Part shown: positions 26,000 through 34,531 of the stretch, in pieces
How the letters are laid out: the number at the start of each line of letters is the position of its first letter
Position numbering within the stretch: the first letter of the stretch is position 1
From: a virus
Taxonomy: Duplodnaviria > Caudoviricetes
Reading direction: 5' to 3' (one strand)
DNA length: 35,109 bases
IMG/VR virus record: IMGVR_UViG_3300020045_002874
Location: 1-35,109 of that record
The notes under the pieces: generated by a model
What the model saw: only the letters and a program-made list of their open reading frames with translations
The model's database searches: none
Told to the model about the DNA's origin: nothing
Made by a program: the position numbers and the translations under genes

Positions 26000-28741
26000 C
26001 TATAAGTCGTTATCGACTGTGTTGTGTTTTGAAATCATTTGACCATGCACCTTACGCATGATGGTGTTTATCTTCCGAAATTTCTCAGTGGGGTAAACAC
26101 TTTCCATATCAATTCGTACAAGTTTATATTGGACTAATTGATTGAAGATGGTCCCGAACGCATCCCTATCCTTGCCAGAAATGGCTTGGAGGTTGGCTCG
26201 AGTAGTTCTCGATTGGTTCGCTAGGAACTCGACGAGGACCGCATTAGCAGGATATAAGTCTTCAAGAATCGCAACATCTCTATCGTCGTAACTGCTATAA
26301 CTCTCGTATTCTTGCTTGACTTTATCAAGTTTGAATTGGTGAGATGAATAGTTTAACTCTAGGAAGTTGGTGATGTAGTCGACAATCTCTTTGGTAATGA
26401 TAACCTTTGTGAAATCTACATCAGTATTCACAAGTAAACTTGCAAGAGCCACACAGAATCGGGCTAACTTCTTGGAGGTCGTGGTACCAAAGATTGGGAC
26501 ATTGCACTCAAATTTTGAATTGAGGTACTCCGCTTTTTCCCAGATATAGCGTTCAACACCTTCTTGAAAGACAACATCTTCGACCTTGCGAGTTGCAACC
26601 CATTGGGCTTTATGCACATAGGCTGCCTTTGGGATACATTCGCCCTTTAAATCCATATCGAATGGATTGAAGCGATTATCTCGCTTCGGAGTCAAGATGA
26701 ACCCATCATAACGAGCGACATCTTCAGCACTCTTGACCAACTCCATAATGGGGATGACCCCATTCGGGAATGAACTCAAGAAGCGAGGATTCCCATTCAT
26801 ATCATTGATGGGGTTTGAAATTGTAATCATGCGTAGTTTGCAAGGGGCTTTGAGTTCGCCACTTGCACGAGTCAATCGAACTTCATTGGATGAGCGTATG
26901 TCGGTCATCGTTTTAATGAAATCAGGATGAGCCCCAGAGAACTCTTCTAAGACCGCTAACTTCTTGTGTTGACGAGGGATTGCACCGATGGTGTTTGCCC
27001 ACGACCCTTCAACCTTGTTTGACCCACCGATTAGACCGACTGTCGTCGAGGTCTTAAGGGATAGGAAGTGTCCAAAGTTGTAGAGGTCAACGAGTTTCGA
27101 GGTTGTCTCGGACTTCCCTACTTGAGTGTCCCCAAGCATGAACACATCGAGGGCTCCACGCATGACATCGCCATACTTGAAGTCGAGGATGCTACTAAAC
27201 ACGAGGTCACTCATGAACCATATATTGAAGTCCATATGTTTGGCAACATGGTATTTAGCACTCTCATATAAGCGTCTTATCTTCTCTTCAACTTCACCCT
27301 CACTTTGGAATTGTCTAAGCAAATGCTTATTCGGCTCAAAGTCACTTTGGTCATCTTGATGGATGATGTGCATGGCGATGGCGACAATCTTTTGGTTCTT
27401 ATTCGGGTGAGCAAAGAGTTTGTACTCAATGTCGTATTGTCCACCTACATTCAGTTTATCAAAACTGTATAGGTCGACTGAAATTGCACTTCCATCCGCA
27501 TCTTTGTCGGTTATGACAGAGCGGTAGACGAACTTCTCATCTCGTTGGGTGATTTGTAGTCCACCTTCCTTTGGAGGAAGATGAAGCATCTCACGCATAC
27601 GCTCACCGACATTCTTAGCCTTTGCATCAACTTCAATCAAGGAAAGAATTTCACTTACATTGTCGTCGTCTAAGGACCAAAACTTCTTATCACCGGTGTC
27701 CATTGCATCCTTGTCTCCAATTGTAACAACCTTCTCGGCTTGAATCACAGTTGGGACAGAGTAGGCTTCAACGAACTCACTTGTAATGGTGACGGTTGAG
27801 TTGAGACTCTTCTTTAGAACGCTCTCGCTCATGGCTTGATTGAGGCGAATGTATTTCTTTTCAACCACTTGTTTGACATAAGGTGTCTTGGGCAAGGATA
27901 GGAACTCGAACACATCTCCATCATACTTGTGTATGTAGTCGAAGAAGTCTTCTTTATCTTCCTTCACCAATTGACCGATGTCGACGGTGCTAACCGAGTT
28001 AGCGAGGTCCACAATGGATTGAGCGATGTGTTGGGCTCCATCTTGTCCGGCTTTGTCGTTGTCATAACAGATGATGACATCTCGACCTTTGAAGGTCGGT
28101 AGACAAAACGAATTAGGTAAGGCTCCAGCACCACCCGTTAAACTTATGGCATTGATACCAACTTGGCGTGCCATGAGAGCATCCTTCTCGCCCTCGAATA
28201 AATAAGTCACATCTTTATTATTCTTCCATAGGTCGTATGGGAATATCCACCCAGCCTTAGCCCCCTTCTCAGAGGTCATCTTGGCTATTTCTGGTAGTTT
28301 TAGTATGTTGTATCGACGAATGTCCATCAAGGTCTTGTCGAAGAAGATTGGGAACGCAAGGGTCACACCTTTGGTAGTGTTGGCTAAGCCAAGTTTGACT
28401 TCCTCTATGGTCTCATCCTCAAAGCCTAGAGCGTGAAGAGCATCCAGCATTTTCTGGTCTGCCCACAACTCGGCTTTAAAGGAAATGTCCCAATCTACAT
28501 CGGCATGGTTTCCTATCTCGGCAAGTAACTTGATGGCTTGTGATATGGGTATCCCCTTAACTTCAGCCATAAATTGCTCTTCGTTGTACCCAATACCACA
28601 AACATAACAATGAAACAGACTTTTCTCTACATTTACTTGTGCAGAGGGATGGTCGTCATGGTGGAACGGGCAAGGTACTTTAACCTCACCCGCTTGTCCC
28701 TCGAAGTCGACGCTATGGAAGTGTTGTTTGAAAAACTCCAT
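26000..28741 (-). CDS. Primase-helicase: CHC2 zinc finger + TOPRIM primase + MCM-like AAA+ helicase
   Basis: CPFHHDDHPS...CYVC; FEGEKD and CYDNDKAG (TOPRIM); LGDTQVGKS, STTVGLIGG, W...GAI, VLEEF, ITISNP and ARYD (MCM-like). Confidence 0.85.
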   Translation of the reverse strand: MEFFKQHFHSVDFEGQAGEVKVPCPFHHDDHPSAQVNVEKSLFHCYVCGIGYNEEQFMAEVKGIPISQAIKLLAEIGNHADVDWDISFKAELWADQKMLDALHALGFEDETIEEVKLGLANTTKGVTLAFPIFFDKTLMDIRRYNILKLPEIAKMTSEKGAKAGWIFPYDLWKNNKDVTYLFEGEKDALMARQVGINAISLTGGAGALPNSFCLPTFKGRDVIICYDNDKAGQDGAQHIAQSIVDLANSVSTVDIGQLVKEDKEDFFDYIHKYDGDVFEFLSLPKTPYVKQVVEKKYIRLNQAMSESVLKKSLNSTVTITSEFVEAYSVPTVIQAEKVVTIGDKDAMDTGDKKFWSLDDDNVSEILSLIEVDAKAKNVGERMREMLHLPPKEGGLQITQRDEKFVYRSVITDKDADGSAISVDLYSFDKLNVGGQYDIEYKLFAHPNKNQKIVAIAMHIIHQDDQSDFEPNKHLLRQFQSEGEVEEKIRRLYESAKYHVAKHMDFNIWFMSDLVFSSILDFKYGDVMRGALDVFMLGDTQVGKSETTSKLVDLYNFGHFLSLKTSTTVGLIGGSNKVEGSWANTIGAIPRQHKKLAVLEEFSGAHPDFIKTMTDIRSSNEVRLTRASGELKAPCKLRMITISNPINDMNGNPRFLSSFPNGVIPIMELVKSAEDVARYDGFILTPKRDNRFNPFDMDLKGECIPKAAYVHKAQWVATRKVEDVVFQEGVERYIWEKAEYLNSKFECNVPIFGTTTSKKLARFCVALASLLVNTDVDFTKVIITKEIVDYITNFLELNYSSHQFKLDKVKQEYESYSSYDDRDVAILEDLYPANAVLVEFLANQSRTTRANLQAISGKDRDAFGTIFNQLVQYKLVRIDMESVYPTEKFRKINTIMRKVHGQMISKHNTVDNDL

Positions 28742-28756
28742 AGGTTCACCTCGTTT

Positions 28757-29314
28757 CTATACATTCATATCGTCAGAGTCACCACTAGCCTTATTGAATC
28801 GTGTAATCTTATTAAAGAACGACTTAACCGTTTTTTCGATGCCCGTTTCAGAGTCCGTCATCGGCTTATCCCAAGATGAGATGTCAACATTGGCACTCAC
28901 AACGGAGTCTTTCAAGGAAGCAAGGTTGCTCAATTTGATTTGAGGAACACCGAATCCAGCCAACATGTTTGGAATCTCCCAAGGACGATTTGGATGCGTG
29001 CTTACTTTGTTGAAAATCCAACGACCTTTATGAGTTCCATCAATGACTTCAAATTTGAGATTGTTCTCATGAATGGTCAAGGATGGCACGAGTGTAATTA
29101 CATCTTCACCATCGGGTCCTTTGACTTTTTGGAAATGGTCATTGAATGAAATGACTTTCACATTTTTAAGTGTGCGAGGTTTCCAATCCTCAACCCCAAT
29201 TAACTTTAGGTTGTAAGTTCCCTTTGGAATTGGACTAAAGTCCTTATCACCGAATGAACCAGTCTCAGTTGATGCTCCTACAATTGAATCTAAATCTTGA
29301 ATTAAATTGCTCAT
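28757..29314 (-). CDS. Putative ssDNA-binding protein (DUF669-like)
   Basis: FSPIPKGTY start, LKFEVIDG.HKGRWIF, acidic C-terminus, position upstream of the primase. Confidence 0.65.
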   Translation of the reverse strand: MSNLIQDLDSIVGASTETGSFGDKDFSPIPKGTYNLKLIGVEDWKPRTLKNVKVISFNDHFQKVKGPDGEDVITLVPSLTIHENNLKFEVIDGTHKGRWIFNKVSTHPNRPWEIPNMLAGFGVPQIKLSNLASLKDSVVSANVDISSWDKPMTDSETGIEKTVKSFFNKITRFNKASGDSDDMNV

Positions 29315-29989
29315 TTAAATTAACCCCGCTTTCTTGTCGACTTCCTTGAGGAAGGCTTGCATGTATGTTTGTGTGATGTAAAATGATTTGATGTTTGAAA
29401 TCTTCAACGATAATTTCTTGCCTCGACCAAAGGACATGAGGTCGACAATGATAAACGAGAGTCTATCATCGAGTTCCTTGACCAAGTAGTAAGTCGTGGT
29501 AGCACCGGCTACGACACGATAGGCGAGGTTATAGTCATCTTGTAAGAACGATTTGAGGGCATTGGCTTCGTCCTTGGACTCGTCAGCCAATAACACATCA
29601 AGATATAACTCGTCTTTAACGAGACGACCCTCAAGTTCCTCGGCTTGTTCTGTATTGGTCTCACCAAGTGATTTGATAATTGCACTTAGATATTGCTCAC
29701 GAACCTCTTTGGCAACTTCAATCATATGCTCTTTGTATAAACCAATCCACATTGGTACTCCGGCATCCCATTGTTGGGTTGCGTAGGTCATCAAGGAGAC
29801 AATCTCGGTTGGGAATTGTACACAATCTAATTGTGTGACTTCTTTGAGCGGGATACCAAACCACTTGAATTTTTGTTTGACTTCTTTTGTGAGGTATAAC
29901 TCACTATGCAAGGGGATGTGGAGGTACCCAAATCGTACCTCACCCCCTAGATGTGTATTCTTCTCAGTTAGTAAATGTTTAATGAGCAT
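29315..29989 (-). CDS. Hypothetical protein
   Basis: 224-aa ORF tightly coupled to both neighbours. Confidence 0.7.
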   Translation of the reverse strand: MLIKHLLTEKNTHLGGEVRFGYLHIPLHSELYLTKEVKQKFKWFGIPLKEVTQLDCVQFPTEIVSLMTYATQQWDAGVPMWIGLYKEHMIEVAKEVREQYLSAIIKSLGETNTEQAEELEGRLVKDELYLDVLLADESKDEANALKSFLQDDYNLAYRVVAGATTTYYLVKELDDRLSFIIVDLMSFGRGKKLSLKISNIKSFYITQTYMQAFLKEVDKKAGLI

Positions 29990-30792
29990 TATAACCCTGC
30001 CCCCTTTCTAAGTCCTTTAAGCATCTTCTCGGGACTTTCTAAAAATCCAATCTTGTGAGCCAAGGTATCAAAATCATCGGTCAACTCAAGTGTGACTGGC
30101 TCACCTTTATCATCCATGTACTTGGTACGCAAGACTGCGTTGTAATTTCCAAGTAGGGTGATGAGGGCTTGATTGTCTTTGTTGTCCGCAATCAGTTTGG
30201 CTAACTCAATTGCAGGTGTAATTCCTTCGCTCAAGATAGTCTCAACCACATTGGGTGTCACAATCGTCTTCTCGACCAACGCAGGTTTAATGACCTCAGG
30301 CTTCTTGTCATCATCGAATTGTGCCTCGGTTTGCTCATATAACTTCCACCCAATGCCGGTCGCTAAAGAAATCACACGAGTCAAGCACCGTTGTTGAGCC
30401 TTATTGACCATGTTTTGGTCGTAAACTTTGAGGGCAGAATAGGCTTTGTCTTGAATCGGGTACACCTCACTAAAGGTTTTATTCATGAATCGAATACTAA
30501 CCTTGACCATATGCGATAGGGTTGTACTTGTTGTCTCCACACCGGCTTGAATCGTCTTGATGAAGCAAGTGTCCGTAAATACATAACCACTAGTCTCGTT
30601 TTGCTCCTTAATGATTTTTGCGTCGGGGTCCATTTGATACAATGCACCTACCATCAACGCCCAAGACAAGTAGTCGTCCCCTTTATAGGTTTGTTTCTTA
30701 GCCCCTAAAATCTTTTTGGCAATGTCGCTCACCCCGTTGTAGTTGTCTAACCACACTTCTAACCATGTTTTCTCTTTTAAAATCTCACTCAT
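29989..30792 (-). CDS. Single-strand annealing protein, Sak3/DUF1071-like
   Basis: YLSWA and NKAQQRCL...GIGWKLY motifs. Confidence 0.7.
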   Translation of the reverse strand: MSEILKEKTWLEVWLDNYNGVSDIAKKILGAKKQTYKGDDYLSWALMVGALYQMDPDAKIIKEQNETSGYVFTDTCFIKTIQAGVETTSTTLSHMVKVSIRFMNKTFSEVYPIQDKAYSALKVYDQNMVNKAQQRCLTRVISLATGIGWKLYEQTEAQFDDDKKPEVIKPALVEKTIVTPNVVETILSEGITPAIELAKLIADNKDNQALITLLGNYNAVLRTKYMDDKGEPVTLELTDDFDTLAHKIGFLESPEKMLKGLRKGAGL

Positions 30793-30823
30793 TTTACCAC
30801 ACTCCTTTCATAAGTGTATTCTT

Positions 30824-30852
30824 ATAATACATAAATCTAGTACACTTGTCAA
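30824..30852 (-). promoter_or_regulatory. SigmaA promoter for the replication operon
   Basis: Minus strand TTGACA, 17-nt spacer, TATTAT, followed by SD AAAGGAG. Confidence 0.75.
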
Positions 30853-30930
30853 TCATTTTCGCCTTACTAAGGCTAAGACTACAAGAAGTGCAAATCCAAA
30901 CCCATAAAGGAATGGTAAGAGGCTACTCAC
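30853..30930 (-). CDS. 25-aa single-TM peptide (not in ORF track)
   Basis: MSSLLPFLYGFGFALLVVLALVRRK; GTGA overlap with the upstream peptide gene. Confidence 0.5.
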   Translation of the reverse strand: MSSLLPFLYGFGFALLVVLALVRRK

Positions 30931-31040
30931 ACCTTCTTCCTCGAGGTCAAGATGGCTAAGGCTAAGATGACCGCACTTGACATTACACATACTTCAAGCA
31001 AATTAAAGACTTGCAACAAGAAGAACTCGAATGTTGTCAT
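30927..31040 (-). CDS. 37-aa hydrophobic peptide (not in ORF track)
   Basis: MTTFEFFLLQVFNLLEVCVMSSAVILALAILTSRKKV; ATGA overlap with the upstream stop; SD GAGGA. Confidence 0.55.
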   Translation of the reverse strand: MTTFEFFLLQVFNLLEVCVMSSAVILALAILTSRKKV

Positions 31041-31915
31041 TTACTATCCTCGTTCAAATCATTTAAGTCGTTATTGTCTTGGAAGTAGGTGTCGACGAGC
31101 ATCAAACTAAAGGCGTTCCAAATAATGGCACTCAAGTGGTCCTCATCGGTCTTACCTATCCAATACGCCATAGCATGACGGATTAAACTTGCAAAGGTGT
31201 GGGACTTCTTTTGACCTTTACGCCAATTATCTTTACCATACTTATCTGCACCCTTACCATAATGTAGACCAACACGACCCATTAAATCCCAAGGGATAAG
31301 GTCCATGCTTGGTTTACCGACGGCAGTGTCTCGTACCGCTCCGGTTGAGAACTCAGTCTTTTCACAAGTGTCGATTGGTTTAAAAGATGGACTGTCTACA
31401 CCTTCATAAGCCAACTCAGACTCTTCACACCAATAACATGTATCGGTTGGGTGTTTATAACCTGTTCTTGAACCGACGCTACCATCATGACCATCAAACT
31501 TGTGTCCAAAGTCAACTAAGTATGGTAGTCCAGATTGTATAGGTTCGATAGAGTCAACTTGGACGATACGACCGGACCGACCCTCAGCACGACCTGGACC
31601 AACAAAAGATACCGTATCTCCGACCGCAAATTTTAGTCCCTGTGCAGGCTTTTCAACTTTAGTCTCAATTGTTGGCTCTTTTTTAGCCTTAGGCTCTTTT
31701 TTAGACTTTGATTTTGACTCTACTAAACCATCAAGCATCTCATCGGTGTAGGACCACAAAGTCCCCTTTACAACATATTTAGAGTCTCGAATAGCCTTAA
31801 TGGTCACAGTCTTTATCCCCATCATTTTCTCAATAAACACATCTGCTCCATAGTGTTTACCAGGGATTAGACCTTCTTTAACTTTAACCTTATCCCCTAC
31901 TTTGTATTTACTCAT
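31037..31915 (-). CDS. dATP/dGTP pyrophosphohydrolase (DUF5664-like) fused to two SH3-like domains
   Basis: C-terminal FSTGAVRD..GKP.MDLIP...GADKYGKDNWRKG...SLIRH...DEDHLSAIIWN; N-terminal KVGDKV and AVGDTV domains. Confidence 0.8.
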   Translation of the reverse strand: MSKYKVGDKVKVKEGLIPGKHYGADVFIEKMMGIKTVTIKAIRDSKYVVKGTLWSYTDEMLDGLVESKSKSKKEPKAKKEPTIETKVEKPAQGLKFAVGDTVSFVGPGRAEGRSGRIVQVDSIEPIQSGLPYLVDFGHKFDGHDGSVGSRTGYKHPTDTCYWCEESELAYEGVDSPSFKPIDTCEKTEFSTGAVRDTAVGKPSMDLIPWDLMGRVGLHYGKGADKYGKDNWRKGQKKSHTFASLIRHAMAYWIGKTDEDHLSAIIWNAFSLMLVDTYFQDNNDLNDLNEDSK

Positions 31916-32048
31916 CCTTATCTACCTCACTTTCTCTTTTGATTTTAACCACTTCATCGGGCTTCTTAATCTTGACTCGTTTAGGCAACTCGTCCAACTT
32001 CTCATACTCTTCATAATCCTCGTAGTTGTCCCAATGTTGTTTAGTCAC
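31908..32048 (-). CDS. 46-aa charged protein (not in ORF track)
   Basis: GTG start; TKQHWDNYEDYEEYEKLDELPKRVKIKK...; fills the operon gap. Confidence 0.5.
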   Translation of the reverse strand: MTKQHWDNYEDYEEYEKLDELPKRVKIKKPDEVVKIKRESEVDKDE

Positions 32049-32049
32049 T

Positions 32050-32274
32050 CTAAATCACCCGATGATAGATTTCATTGACTGCAAAGGCATCCACACCGTA
32101 CAAGAACTCACTAATATAAGCAGTCTCGTTTTGGGTATAGAACTCATCTAAAATCACACCACATAAGGTTGTTAAGTCCTCAATGTCCATTGTTTCTAAG
32201 TCGAAGTCAATATCGTCTTTGTCCATCTTGCCTAGGTAGTAGGCAATCGCAATCATATATTCTAGTTTACTCAC
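32050..32274 (-). CDS. Hypothetical acidic protein
   Basis: Probable GTG start at 32274 after SD GAGGAGG. The 5' extension in the ORF track overlaps the zinc-finger gene. Confidence 0.55.
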   Translation of the reverse strand: MSKLEYMIAIAYYLGKMDKDDIDFDLETMDIEDLTTLCGVILDEFYTQNETAYISEFLYGVDAFAVNEIYHRVI

Positions 32275-32533
32275 TTTCATCCTCCTCTTCTTTGGGTAAA
32301 TCACCATAGCAACTTGTGCATATATATCCATCCTTATAGGCAAGAGCATCCTCGAACCATACATCACACCCGCACTCCGCACACTTGACCGTACGGTCTT
32401 CGTAGCAATTGGGGCACATGTAGTCATCCGGGGTCAATTCATATTCACTCATCTCATCTAAATCAAATTTACGCTCACAAATCTCGCAATGCACGAACCG
32501 AGTGTCGTCGGTGAAATCGGCATCAAAGTCCAT
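32267..32533 (-). CDS. Double zinc-ribbon protein
   Basis: Four CxxC pairs (CEIC, CPNC, CAEC, CTSC). Confidence 0.7.
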   Translation of the reverse strand: MDFDADFTDDTRFVHCEICERKFDLDEMSEYELTPDDYMCPNCYEDRTVKCAECGCDVWFEDALAYKDGYICTSCYGDLPKEEEDESE

Positions 32534-32863
32534 TTACTTCTTCCACCCTAACTCTAGCATTAACTCATCTACATCGAGGGCATAGTCCACTTTAGGGAGT
32601 TCATCGTCCGGGAAGGTATGAGCCTTCTTAACGATGTCTTTTAAATTTTCTTGAAATTCACGCCCTACAATTAAGTTCATATGATAACTTGTGGCTAAAG
32701 CCTTAATATCTCTCATTTCTTGGTAAGGGTCTTTGCTTTTGTCCACTTGAGTATAGATTTGATAGACCCCTTCACCTAATCTATCGAGGGCAATATCCAC
32801 TTTTTTGACCAACTCTAATAAATTCTCATACTCCATGTCCATCGTCTCTTTATTTTTAATCAT
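32534..32863 (-). CDS. Hypothetical protein
   Basis: SD AGAGAGG; first gene after an AT-rich intergenic gap. Confidence 0.65.
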   Translation of the reverse strand: MIKNKETMDMEYENLLELVKKVDIALDRLGEGVYQIYTQVDKSKDPYQEMRDIKALATSYHMNLIVGREFQENLKDIVKKAHTFPDDELPKVDYALDVDELMLELGWKK

Positions 32864-32895
32864 TTTGGTTCCTCTCTTGCACTTGTTTTGTGCTC

Positions 32896-32912
32896 TATAC
32901 TACTATTATACT
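32896..32912 (-). promoter_or_regulatory. Probable -10 element (TATAAT) of an early promoter
   Basis: Minus strand TAGTATAATAGTAGTAT in the intergenic gap; no consensus -35. Confidence 0.4.
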
Positions 32913-32948
32913 AAACGATTATGTGAATAGTGTGGGATAATTGTGTGA

Positions 32949-33041
32949 TTATTGAGGTTTTTTACCTCCCCAATAGATAAACCCAATCATTAAATTTGAT
33001 AGGACAAGCAAACCAATTGCTACAATCTCGAGCCCGTTCAT
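32949..33041 (-). CDS. 30-aa single-TM peptide (not in ORF track)
   Basis: MNGLEIVAIGLLVLSNLMIGFIYWGGKKPQ; ATGA overlap with the upstream stop; SD GGAG. Confidence 0.55.
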   Translation of the reverse strand: MNGLEIVAIGLLVLSNLMIGFIYWGGKKPQ

Positions 33042-33877
33042 TTTTGTTTGCTCCACAAGAGTTCTCTACAATAATCTAAATCTTGATGAAATGCTAGCCC
33101 GTTGCATCGAGCAATGCCATAAATCGCAATAACCTCATCACCATATTCAACATATTGGTTAACGATGCGTCCATCCTCGGTCAAGATGAGGTCCTCTTTT
33201 GGAAAGAAATTCTCCCCATCCAAAGAGACTAGAGCAACTTCACTGCTTTTTGTGGTGGTGGCAAATAAAACTTCTTGTACACCGTATGCTGAACGCACGA
33301 CCGCTCCACCTACCTTAATCAAGTCGATTTGGTTGACTTTTGGCTCATCCATTTTGGACTCTTGTTTGGGTTCTTCGACATCGAGTTTGATGTCCTCAAC
33401 AGAGACCCAAAAGCCGGTTGGTTCAGGTAAGATTACATTGTTCTTATTAAAGCGTCCGTTACCTTCGCCTGTGTGGGTGTAAATTCCAACTCGACCAAAG
33501 TCTACAAACACGAATTCTCCTGTGTGAGACTCTTCCATGGGTCTACGAATAATACCTTTAGGGTTGTCCCCTAAGCCAATTTTATACCAACCATTGTAAA
33601 TAATCTTATCCCCTACTTTGAATGGAGCCCCTTTAGGCTCAACATTAGGTTCTTCACCTTGAGCCAATAAATCTAGTTCATAATCCTCGAACCATAAACA
33701 AGTTTCAGTTTTGTTGGTGTATGTGTTCCGACTACCAACCGTCCCATCATGACCATCAAACTTGGGTCCAAGGTCAACGAGATAAGACCTAGCATCAATG
33801 CTATCCACAAACACCACCGCCCCTTTACCGTGCTTTGTAGTCACTTTATCCCCTACTTTAAATTGATTTGTTTTCAT
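33038..33877 (-). CDS. Protein with two SH3-like (KVGDK) domains and an unknown C-terminal domain
   Basis: FKVGDKV... and FKVGDKI... repeats; SD AAGGAGG. Confidence 0.75.
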   Translation of the reverse strand: MKTNQFKVGDKVTTKHGKGAVVFVDSIDARSYLVDLGPKFDGHDGTVGSRNTYTNKTETCLWFEDYELDLLAQGEEPNVEPKGAPFKVGDKIIYNGWYKIGLGDNPKGIIRRPMEESHTGEFVFVDFGRVGIYTHTGEGNGRFNKNNVILPEPTGFWVSVEDIKLDVEEPKQESKMDEPKVNQIDLIKVGGAVVRSAYGVQEVLFATTTKSSEVALVSLDGENFFPKEDLILTEDGRIVNQYVEYGDEVIAIYGIARCNGLAFHQDLDYCRELLWSKQK

Positions 33878-34116
33878 TTTTGTTCCTCCTTGTTGTTTAG
33901 AAAATCTTCGACTTGTGAAATGCTATTACAATGCCCGGCATAGTAGCCAATTCGAGCCAACGCCTCATCAACGGCTTTTTGAAAGTCATAACGCTCCCAT
34001 GTGCGATTGATAAAGGTTGACTTACCGCGTGCGACCTCAATCCCATCCTTGTACACGATGGCGTGTTGGATGTTATGCTTATTGGTGCTTGTGATTTTTG
34101 TTTCAATTGTAAACAT
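33874..34116 (-). CDS. Hypothetical early protein
   Basis: SD AAGGAGG; ATGA overlap with the next gene. Confidence 0.7.
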   Translation of the reverse strand: MFTIETKITSTNKHNIQHAIVYKDGIEVARGKSTFINRTWERYDFQKAVDEALARIGYYAGHCNSISQVEDFLNNKEEQK

Positions 34117-34118
34117 GC

Positions 34119-34529
34119 TCAGTCCTCCTTTGCTTTGAATAAGACAATCTCTTGACCTTTAGACCAATCCCATATCGAGTGTTGATTAAAAGTTGTCCCC
34201 ATCTTAACCGCCTGCTCGAAGTCATAGATGTGGAAGGACAATTCGACTTGACCTTGATACACACCCACATACACATCCCCGTAGGCTCGTTTACAACGCT
34301 CTACCATGTCATTATATAGGTCAGGGCTTAAAGGCTTTCTAGCCTCCTCAAAACTCACTTGGAAGCCCTCATCAAAGGACACCGGTTTAAAGGTCTCACC
34401 CACTACACTTGGTCCACTTGAGAGTAGGTCTACAATAGCCGGGATAAATTGGTAAGTACCGTCTTTTAAGAGTCGCTCACCTTGTACACCAACATGCTTA
34501 ATCATTTTTACAACATTGAAATAATTCAC
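34119..34529 (-). CDS. Hypothetical early protein
   Basis: GTG start after SD AAGGAGG. Confidence 0.7.
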   Translation of the reverse strand: MNYFNVVKMIKHVGVQGERLLKDGTYQFIPAIVDLLSSGPSVVGETFKPVSFDEGFQVSFEEARKPLSPDLYNDMVERCKRAYGDVYVGVYQGQVELSFHIYDFEQAVKMGTTFNQHSIWDWSKGQEIVLFKAKED

Positions 34530-34531
34530 TT

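Noticed and set aside
23402-28741. Intein or intron in the polymerase or primase-helicase
   Set aside because: Insertions are short, there are no splicing-junction or LAGLIDADG motifs, and the ORFs are uninterrupted.
31037-31915. Z-genome (2-aminoadenine) system
   Set aside because: No PurZ is seen in the window, and apparent restriction-site avoidance argues against globally modified DNA. It cannot be fully excluded because the genome is incomplete.
32920-32950. DnaA-box cluster or replication origin
   Set aside because: Matches to TTATNCACA are imperfect and few; retained only as possible regulator sites.
547-33943. The many short antisense or alternate-frame ORFs in the track (e.g. 650-1069, 14280-14741, 15052-15441, 20334-20708)
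   Set aside because: They overlap well-supported genes, lack SD sites and have shadow-ORF composition.
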